From the NCBI GenBank assembly GCA_937959275.1, contig CALGLU010000022.1, forward strand, positions 130,589 to 194,588: a DNA stretch of 64,000 nt, read 5' to 3'. Shown in pieces: positions 57,483 through 64,000 of this stretch; positions within the stretch are counted from its first letter, which is position 1; each line of letters starts with the position of its first letter. The notes beneath the pieces are model-generated. The model was not told the origin of the DNA, searched no databases, and saw nothing but the letters and a program-made list of their open reading frames with translations. A program made the position numbers and the translations under genes. This DNA is from an uncultured Saprospiraceae bacterium (GTDB lineage Bacteria > Bacteroidota > Bacteroidia > Chitinophagales > Saprospiraceae).

Positions 57483-60172
57483 TTAAAATTATAACTGATC
57501 GAAGGGACTGGTGAACCAACGACTGATAATTTCAGCGCATTCGTTCGAGAGCCTAATTCTTGTTGATAAAAAATCGAGAACGGATTACGACGACCATAGA
57601 CATTGTATATTGAAATATTGATGTCACTTTGCCAACGGGCACTTTTTAATCGATTCACTGTAAAGGTATAACTCAAGTCAAGTCTGTGATAATCGGGTAG
57701 GCGAAAATTGTTCCGACTGGTAAAGTTAGTCACGACAATGCCTTGTAGAAAATAATTGGAAGAGACACCCGTAATTGGCCGACCGCTATTGTATACAAAG
57801 TTCATACTAAATCGATCACGCTTCGTCGCCTGCCAATCTAGCGACATTTTGGCTGAGTGTGGTTGATCAAAATTTGAAGGAAACCAGTTACCAAAGTTGA
57901 TTTGCGCAGTCCCTTGTGGTGTGCGGTGCTGGGATCTGGAATAACTGTAAGACATGCGACCAGTAAATGGGCCTTTCGTTTTATTAAGACTAACTTCTGC
58001 TCCTACCACTCTCCCTTCTCCTCGGACAACTGATGTTTCTAAATGAGGGTTAAGGATTAACTCTGCGAAGTCTTCGTAATCTAATGTATTATCTAATGTC
58101 TTATAATAGCCTTCTGCTGAAAAATCATAACCTGACTCCAAGGTGAAAAAGAATCCTCCCGTCACTCCACGCAGGTGCAGTGGTTTTAAATGTGTATTAC
58201 TAACTTGCCAAATGTCAACCGGAGTGGGAGTAGCTGTATTGGATATTAAGTGCATGTATTGATTAAGGACATTATAGCTCAGTTTAATTGATGAATGTTT
58301 AGTTAGGGAATATCGTAAAGAAAGCCGTGGTTCGAGTCCGCTGTATTGATTTACTTTTCCTGAGCTGATTATGGTTTGACCAATAATATCTTCCAGTTCT
58401 AGATTTGAAGTTTCGCTGTATTGATTAATGGTAGCAGGGCCGATTTGTTGAAAAAGACTATAGCGAAGACCCCCATTTAGGCTAAGGTTTTTTCCAATTT
58501 CAAATTCATCATTGATGTAGATGGCAAACTCTTGTCCATTTTCCTTGGGCACCGATCGTTCTTTAATGATTGAATTTGGAACAGCTATGAGATCTTCATC
58601 TTTGGTTGTGTAGCGGATAGCATCTAGACCAAACTTTAAGACATGTTGACCAATAGAATTTAATACTTGGGCTTTAGCATTCACATATTGTATCCCTGAG
58701 GTGAGAGAAAAAGCAAGTGTTCCAGATGGTTCGAATTGTTCATTATCTAAGCGACCATAGGCAAGGTCTGTTGAGATAGACAGTTGATCATTTAGGATAT
58801 GTTTGAATTGAATATTGCCGATTCGATTTTGCCAGGCATAGCCAAATTCATCAGAAAATTGAAAGAGGTCACTGCTCTGAAAGTAGGCGGCATTTAGTTT
58901 TGTGTTTTCGCTAAACTTATGGCTTAACTTAACATTCATGTCGTTGAACTTGGCTTTGCTTTGAGCGATGTCAAGGTCACTAAGATCTCTGATTAACCAT
59001 TTTGCGTAGGATACTCTTCCGGCTAACAAGAGCGATGTCTTTTCTTTTGCAAGAGGAATTTCTGCAGTTAACTTACTAGAGATTAACCCTAAAGAACCTG
59101 AAACACTGACTTGGTCCATGCGGGCATCTTTAAAGGTCACATCTAACACTGAGGCTACTCTTCCACCATAGTTGGCAGGAATATGGCCTTTATTGAGTGA
59201 GCTTAACTTAATGATGTCAGGGTTAAAGGACGAGAAAAAACCAAGGACGTGAGATGGATTGAAGACAAGCGCATTGTCTTGTAGAATCAAGTTTTGATCT
59301 ATCGATCCGCCTCTAACATTGTAGCCAGAAGAGCCTTCCCCAATGGTGCTGACGCCGGACAAGCTTAACAAGCTTTTGACTATATCTGCCTCTCCCATAA
59401 ATGTCGGCAGTTTTTTGATTTCCTTTTTATTCAAGACCTCAAGTCCGGTAATTGTCTCATTTACATTATGCTCTGTGCCTTTTCCAGAGATGACAACTTC
59501 TTCTATCAAGTGAGCTTTTTGGTCTGCCATAATCTCCCAATAATCTGACGAATACACATCGATGGGTTGAATAATGGTCTCATGAGAAAGAGATGAAATA
59601 GTAATACTATACTTGCCTGCAGGTAAAGTAAATTCAAAGTCACCATAGCTATCCGTCACAGTGAAAGCACCAGTGGTTTGATTCATGATTAAGGCATCTG
59701 CTATCGCTTCGAAGGTGATCTTATCTTGGATGCGTCCTTTAATGACAATATCTTTTTTGGAGGGATTCGTTTTGTCACCAATGGTTATCGTCTCACTTGA
59801 AGTTGACGTTTGCTTATCATCTGCTAGCTGAGTTTTCTTTTCGCCTTGATTATTCGTGACGATCTTTTGTGGTGCGATTACAATTTTATCATACCGATTC
59901 ACGACATAATCAAAGGGGACATCTTTTAAAATGACATTCAAGACATCTCTTATTCTAGCATCCTTGAAGCTAAATGTCACTCGGTTGTCCGGAAATAGAT
60001 CTGCATTGTATTTTATATCAAGACGGTGACGCAGATTAAGATCTCTCAGTACAAATTCAATCGTTTCATCTTCATAACCACCTTTGACTCGGGAATCCAA
60101 AATGTTAGAATCTTGGGCTTGGAGAATCAAACTGCAGCAAATGAGTAAGAAAGACCACACGATTTGTTTCAT
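57476..60172 (-). CDS. TonB-dependent receptor with N-terminal STN-like and CarboxypepD_reg-like domains
   Basis: STN-like segment (IEFVLRDLNLRHRLDIKYNAD...IRDVLNVILKDVPFDYVV). CarboxypepD_reg-like segment (IKGRIQDKITFEAIADALI...GDFEF), then plug and barrel. The C-terminal residue is aromatic (YNFKW). I prefer the ATG at 60172 (MKQIVWSFLLICCSLILQAQ) over the track TTG at 60202. Confidence 0.85.
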   Translation of the reverse strand: MKQIVWSFLLICCSLILQAQDSNILDSRVKGGYEDETIEFVLRDLNLRHRLDIKYNADLFPDNRVTFSFKDARIRDVLNVILKDVPFDYVVNRYDKIVIAPQKIVTNNQGEKKTQLADDKQTSTSSETITIGDKTNPSKKDIVIKGRIQDKITFEAIADALIMNQTTGAFTVTDSYGDFEFTLPAGKYSITISSLSHETIIQPIDVYSSDYWEIMADQKAHLIEEVVISGKGTEHNVNETITGLEVLNKKEIKKLPTFMGEADIVKSLLSLSGVSTIGEGSSGYNVRGGSIDQNLILQDNALVFNPSHVLGFFSSFNPDIIKLSSLNKGHIPANYGGRVASVLDVTFKDARMDQVSVSGSLGLISSKLTAEIPLAKEKTSLLLAGRVSYAKWLIRDLSDLDIAQSKAKFNDMNVKLSHKFSENTKLNAAYFQSSDLFQFSDEFGYAWQNRIGNIQFKHILNDQLSISTDLAYGRLDNEQFEPSGTLAFSLTSGIQYVNAKAQVLNSIGQHVLKFGLDAIRYTTKDEDLIAVPNSIIKERSVPKENGQEFAIYINDEFEIGKNLSLNGGLRYSLFQQIGPATINQYSETSNLELEDIIGQTIISSGKVNQYSGLEPRLSLRYSLTKHSSIKLSYNVLNQYMHLISNTATPTPVDIWQVSNTHLKPLHLRGVTGGFFFTLESGYDFSAEGYYKTLDNTLDYEDFAELILNPHLETSVVRGEGRVVGAEVSLNKTKGPFTGRMSYSYSRSQHRTPQGTAQINFGNWFPSNFDQPHSAKMSLDWQATKRDRFSMNFVYNSGRPITGVSSNYFLQGIVVTNFTSRNNFRLPDYHRLDLSYTFTVNRLKSARWQSDINISIYNVYGRRNPFSIFYQQELGSRTNALKLSVVGSPVPSISYNFKW

Positions 60173-60260
60173 GAGAAGGCAAGATATGATTTGTCGTCGC
60201 AAAAAAGCAAATAAAGACCTAAGCGATTCACTTCTTTATGGCTGCCGCTGTAGGTCTCCG

Positions 60261-60324
60261 AACCAACGGCATTGATATTATTAGATCTCCTTGGAACGGA
60301 GTCCAACGAGGGTGTATTTTGGAA
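60261..60324 (+). repeat. intergenic repeat family B, copy B2
   Basis: See copy B1 (28316..28379). Confidence 0.75.
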
Positions 60325-60542
60325 AAGCAACTTTATCATAAAGCCTGACTAACTTAGGTCTCTTGCTCATCAACTTGATGCCTATCTCTTTTGTCATGCG
60401 ATTGATGTCTGGCGAGGTTTCGCGAATGACCTCATCTAAGTTTCTCGGAATAAGCCTGAACTTTTGTAAATTAGAATTTTAAAATTGTCAACATGAGTTC
60501 TTTTAGAGTAGAATTCGAGATAAGAAGATTAAATCTATACAA

Positions 60543-61415
60543 ATGAAACAATACCTACTACTAACTGCGAGCATCCTCTTTATAGCCTCTTGTTCAACTT
60601 CACAAAAAGTCGTAGATCAGGTCATGGAGGAACAGCCAATCGAAGTGATTCAATTGGATTGGGATGAATTGAGTAAGACAGAGCCTTATAAATTGACAGA
60701 GCAATGGGAGCCGGTGCCTGAGAAGGTGACGCCAGGCTATTTTACAGCACCGCCTTCAGATGCGGTCGTGTTATTTGATGGTTCGGACTTGAGTGCATGG
60801 CAACACCCCGAGCATGGCTATGGCGCGCGTATGGATCAGGTTGAGTCAATATTGAACGCTAGATTAAAAGCACCAAAATACACAGCTGCAGATTGGACCG
60901 TAAAAGATGGGGCGATGATTGTGAAGCCAGGGACAGGGGCGCTAGAGACGAAGCAAAATTTTGGAGATATTCAATTGCATGTTGAGTGGTTAGCTCCAGT
61001 CGACCCAGGCAAGGAGGATCAGGGCTATAGTAATAGTGGCATTTTTTTTATGGGATTATATGAGATACAGGTTTTGAATTCTTATGAAAATGCGACTTAT
61101 TCGAATGGGCAGGCTGGTGCGTTATATAAGCAGCATATGCCATTGGTCAATTCGAGTCGACCACCTGGAGAATGGCAATCTTATGACATTGTTTTTAATG
61201 CTCCTCGGTTTGATGCAGCAGGAGAAGTGACAAAACCGGCAAGCTTAACGGCGTTTCACAATGGTGTGCTAATACAGAATCATACTGAGCTTGAAGGGCC
61301 ATGTGTATATATTGGGAAGGCGCATTATATTCCACATCCGGAGAAGATGCCTTTGTTGCTACAAGACCATGGTAATTTAGTGCGGTTTCGGAATATTTGG
61401 GTGAGGGAGTTATAA
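60543..61415 (+). CDS. DUF1080 (3-keto-disaccharide hydrolase-like) lipoprotein
   Basis: 290 aa. Lipoprotein signal (LFIASC). WTVKDGAMIV ... SNSGIFFMGLYEIQVLNS ... LQDHGNLVRFRNIWVREL matches the DUF1080 pattern. Confidence 0.8.
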   Translation: MKQYLLLTASILFIASCSTSQKVVDQVMEEQPIEVIQLDWDELSKTEPYKLTEQWEPVPEKVTPGYFTAPPSDAVVLFDGSDLSAWQHPEHGYGARMDQVESILNARLKAPKYTAADWTVKDGAMIVKPGTGALETKQNFGDIQLHVEWLAPVDPGKEDQGYSNSGIFFMGLYEIQVLNSYENATYSNGQAGALYKQHMPLVNSSRPPGEWQSYDIVFNAPRFDAAGEVTKPASLTAFHNGVLIQNHTELEGPCVYIGKAHYIPHPEKMPLLLQDHGNLVRFRNIWVREL

Positions 61416-61594
61416 AAGAGAAATCAAAATGAAAATTGGATACTGATGCGAGGTAGAAAACCTCGTAATTCCGTTTCTGTGAAGAAGGATCAAACGGCTG
61501 GCGGGTTGATATTTTTAGGGGACTACGAATTTACGAGCGTCACTCCTTCGCGGAATGCCTTTCGTAAGAAGCTAAGTTTGAGCAGAACTGAAGC

Positions 61595-62701
61595 TTATTC
61601 ATCTTCTTCAAGTTCGTTTAATTTGTTAATGAGAATTAATTTATCATCTACTTTCTTCGGCAGCTTCACGTATTCAGTTATCAGCTCGTTATGTGGTTCC
61701 AATAATTGGTTCATGTATTCATCTTTGAGATGTTTAATTGTCCCAGTTTTTGTATCAAGGATATAGGCCCTCTCTTTATTAGAAGCAATGGCGCCTATGG
61801 CACCAAAAGCGGCACTTGCATTTGGATCAGAGAATTTTGACCTGAAGAAAAGAAATCTACCACGATTTTCACACTTCACAAATGATTGCGCATTATATTG
61901 AAACGCTACTACATTTAAATACAAGTCAGTACCATCTGAATAAAACAAGTCTTTTATTTTTTTCTTAGTACTTGCTCTTTTAATAATATAGGATTTATGT
62001 TTTTTACCCTTTTCTTTCATTGTGATATTACCATAACTTACGGCGACCCCATTTAATAGATCTGACTCATTTGCATAAAAGCCCTCCTTTAGATGGTTAG
62101 CATTAAAGTCGTAATATTCAACGTTGAGATCTTTGGTGGCTGATAGGCCCATAGGAACAACGTCATCTTTTGTTTCGTTAAATTCTATTAGACATTCCTG
62201 AATTGCTTTTGTAATTCTTTTCCCGTGACCTTTTGTGACATCCATCCCACCTTTCTCGACTTCTTTTGAACAAATTCCATAATCCATCATGACATTATCT
62301 TGCTCTTTAAAAAATTGTAATTCTAAGAAGCCGATCTCTTTTGTCATTCTTATTTGTTCGCTAATCCAGAGTTTATTAACGGATAAGATGTATTTGTCTT
62401 CTGGATTTGATTTAACAAAGGAACGACCTATGAATGTAGACAATGATTTGACTAAGGAATCTTCTGTAACGGCATCTCGTTTTTTATTCATCATGCCTTT
62501 ATTTACTTGTCCTATGTATTCCTTATTTATTCGATTATCTAGGACTTTTGATATTTGATAATCTAATAAAAGTTCATCTGATTGAATAAAGGGTAATTTG
62601 ACAACATGCAATTTCTGTGCTTTGCAAATTTGAGTTAAGCTAATGAATAGAAAACAAAAAATAATATGTTGTGTGCATCTTGTAAAGAGAATTCTTTTCA
62701 T
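61595..62701 (-). CDS. hypothetical secreted protein
   Basis: 368 aa with a signal peptide (IIFCFLFISLTQICKAQ). No recognised motif. Confidence 0.5.
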   Translation of the reverse strand: MKRILFTRCTQHIIFCFLFISLTQICKAQKLHVVKLPFIQSDELLLDYQISKVLDNRINKEYIGQVNKGMMNKKRDAVTEDSLVKSLSTFIGRSFVKSNPEDKYILSVNKLWISEQIRMTKEIGFLELQFFKEQDNVMMDYGICSKEVEKGGMDVTKGHGKRITKAIQECLIEFNETKDDVVPMGLSATKDLNVEYYDFNANHLKEGFYANESDLLNGVAVSYGNITMKEKGKKHKSYIIKRASTKKKIKDLFYSDGTDLYLNVVAFQYNAQSFVKCENRGRFLFFRSKFSDPNASAAFGAIGAIASNKERAYILDTKTGTIKHLKDEYMNQLLEPHNELITEYVKLPKKVDDKLILINKLNELEEDE

Positions 62702-62982
62702 AACGTAAAAATTAGATTTTTTTTGTTCTACTTAAACGTGTTTGTTCTAACGCAAAGTAAGTTATTTACAAAATAGAAAAAAATTAAATAAAAATGGAGT
62801 GTTTTAACAAATCCAATTTGACATGATCTAGTTGCAACCTTTAGTGTCAATTTCCAACCTTGTCCCTAATGACCGTGTAAACCCAGCTTCTAAGCCTATA
62901 AAGTTTTTGGCACTTAATCGCAATTCAGATGGAACTATCATTTTAATTCGATGCTAGAATACACTTAATTGGCTAATATTTT

Positions 62983-63474
62983 CTAAGCATTCAGCCTCAA
63001 TAAAAACCGTTCAATCTGCCGTCTATGACGAAGAATGTGCACAATTGCGTGTTCCATTAATTGCTCTACGTCGTACCGCTGTCCCCAACTCACATGCATT
63101 TTTTCATCTTCTCTATATTCTTCTAACGAGATCTCAGGATAGTCATGAAACAGCGATTCTACAGACCTAAACATTTTATCTAAGCCAGCACAAAATCCTG
63201 TCGTTGTTTGAAATGAAGCAGAAGTCGCTGGCTCTAATTTTTCACCTTGGTGATTTCTAATAGTGATACTATAATTATGCCCAGCTCTAATAACATGGAC
63301 TAAGATTGTCTCTATTGATCGACAATCTTCATCTGTTGTTTCATAATCGACAATGTCTGTTAATTCTGTTGGACTAATTGGCCGGATGAGCTTTTTTAAT
63401 GACTCAATAGCTCGTTCATATTCATCTAAAAGGGCACCAATCGCTCCGTTTGTTCTGTATTGTTTCGCTTCCAT
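62983..63474 (-). CDS. DinB family protein
   Basis: 163 aa with a four-helix-bundle His pattern (ILVHVIRAGHNY ... MEHAIVHILRHRRQI). Confidence 0.8.
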   Translation of the reverse strand: MEAKQYRTNGAIGALLDEYERAIESLKKLIRPISPTELTDIVDYETTDEDCRSIETILVHVIRAGHNYSITIRNHQGEKLEPATSASFQTTTGFCAGLDKMFRSVESLFHDYPEISLEEYREDEKMHVSWGQRYDVEQLMEHAIVHILRHRRQIERFLLRLNA

Positions 63475-63479
63475 AATTC

Positions 63480-64000
63480 TTATTGCTTTGATGGTTGATT
63501 TAGTGAATAAATTTTGGCTTGCTCATTGTTGATTCCAAAAATAAATTGTCCATTTCCAATTGGTTGAATACTCCGAATAACTCCATTGATAAAGAGTCCA
63601 CTTTCAGTATTGCTAAGTGCTCTATATGTCTTGTCTGCTTGTTGTAATAGAACTAAACCATACGAAGCGTCCTTATTTCCAAAGCTACTTGTAAATCCCA
63701 TTTCGTTACCACCAATAATTAAGTCGGTTCGGTTGTCACCATTTAGATCTGCTACTACAATTGCATTGCTTGTTGAATATTGTGCTTCGATAGGTAAGGC
63801 TTGTTTTGTGAAATTAAATTGTCCATCATGTTTAAAAATTACAGAGCGAAGTTCAGTCGCCTGACCCACAAGCCGAGTTTGGGCAGAAAATGAATCTGAT
63901 ATTAGCCACCGAGCAAATCGAGCGTTAGAACTCAATTGTTTTTTTAATTGTGGCACCTGTTTTATGAGTTCGTCTATGCTAGCTAAATGTTGCTGTTCGT
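63480..64000 (-). CDS. FG-GAP/VCBS-repeat protein, C-terminal part (5' end beyond window)
   Basis: FG-GAP-like repeat VVADLNGDNRTDLIIGGN. I checked that the frame stays open upstream of the track's GTG start (63956) all the way to position 64000, so the gene is cut by the window edge. Confidence 0.7.
   Translation of the reverse strand, partial: EQQHLASIDELIKQVPQLKKQLSSNARFARWLISDSFSAQTRLVGQATELRSVIFKHDGQFNFTKQALPIEAQYSTSNAIVVADLNGDNRTDLIIGGNEMGFTSSFGNKDASYGLVLLQQADKTYRALSNTESGLFINGVIRSIQPIGNGQFIFGINNEQAKIYSLNQPSKQ

Noticed and set aside
58262-58350. A tRNA-like string (ATAGCTCAGTTTAATTG ... GTGGTTCGAGTCCGCTG) on the plus strand.
   Set aside because: It lies inside the TonB-dependent receptor CDS. 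The D-stem cannot pair (GCTC vs GATG). The T-stem has only 4 pairs including a wobble. No complementary acceptor stem exists. I judge it a chance resemblance.
61446-61766. A 106-aa plus-strand ORF after the DUF1080 gene.
   Set aside because: It is a Ser/Leu-rich low-complexity translation that overlaps the 3' end of the longer minus-strand ORF (61595..62701). It is probably non-coding or shadow sequence.
1-64000. CRISPR arrays, rRNA or tRNA genes, and transposase, integrase or phage genes.
   Set aside because: I recognised no regularly spaced direct repeats, no rRNA or tRNA signatures outside the rejected case above, and no ORF with DDE, tyrosine-recombinase or serine-recombinase features.

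Overview
This 64 kb window looks like chromosomal DNA from an AT-rich member of the Bacteroidota. Supporting markers are gldB, a T9SS C-terminal sorting domain, a CarboxypepD_reg-type TonB-dependent receptor paired with a DUF4249-like lipoprotein, the long form of urocanase, and a mevalonate-pathway gene.

Most of the window is ordinary and densely coding:
- a group II PLP decarboxylase, phoD and pepT
- a LysR regulator divergent from a tight hutH-hutF-hutI-hutU operon
- mvaD, trkA and trkH
- a beta-propeller/HEAT/cytochrome c protein and a BNR (sortilin-like) protein
- a GH31 alpha-glucosidase, a TPR histidine kinase, tatA and a 2OG-Fe(II) oxygenase

The most unusual part is a lower-GC island of about 16 kb (38.7-54.9 kb).
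- It carries three B12-binding radical SAM enzymes, two of them paralogues flanking a class I methyltransferase.
- It carries up to four further class I or FkbM methyltransferases and a sulfotransferase-like protein.
- It has a single GT2 and three polytopic Wzy_C, GT-C or GT87-like membrane proteins.
- It also has a Pol-beta-type nucleotidyltransferase and a lipoprotein with one CXXCH motif.
- It has no recognisable flippase, initiating phosphoglycosyltransferase or nucleotide-sugar genes.
- I read it as a candidate uncharacterised envelope glycoconjugate or lipid modification system.

Other observations made by eye:
- A diverged direct repeat of about 125 bp brackets a 2 kb single-gene segment. 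Each copy holds dead relics of the phoD 3' end and the decarboxylase 5' end. The bracketed gene product has two LAGLIDADG-like motifs.
- There are two families of short interspersed intergenic repeats.
- A roughly 170 bp palindromic element sits in the largest non-coding gap.
- A terminator-containing leader lies directly upstream of pepT.
- A membrane-protein gene is split at an A-run.

I recognised no rRNA, tRNA, CRISPR array, transposase or integrase. All assignments rest on reading the translated ORFs and the nucleotide sequence by eye; no searches were run.
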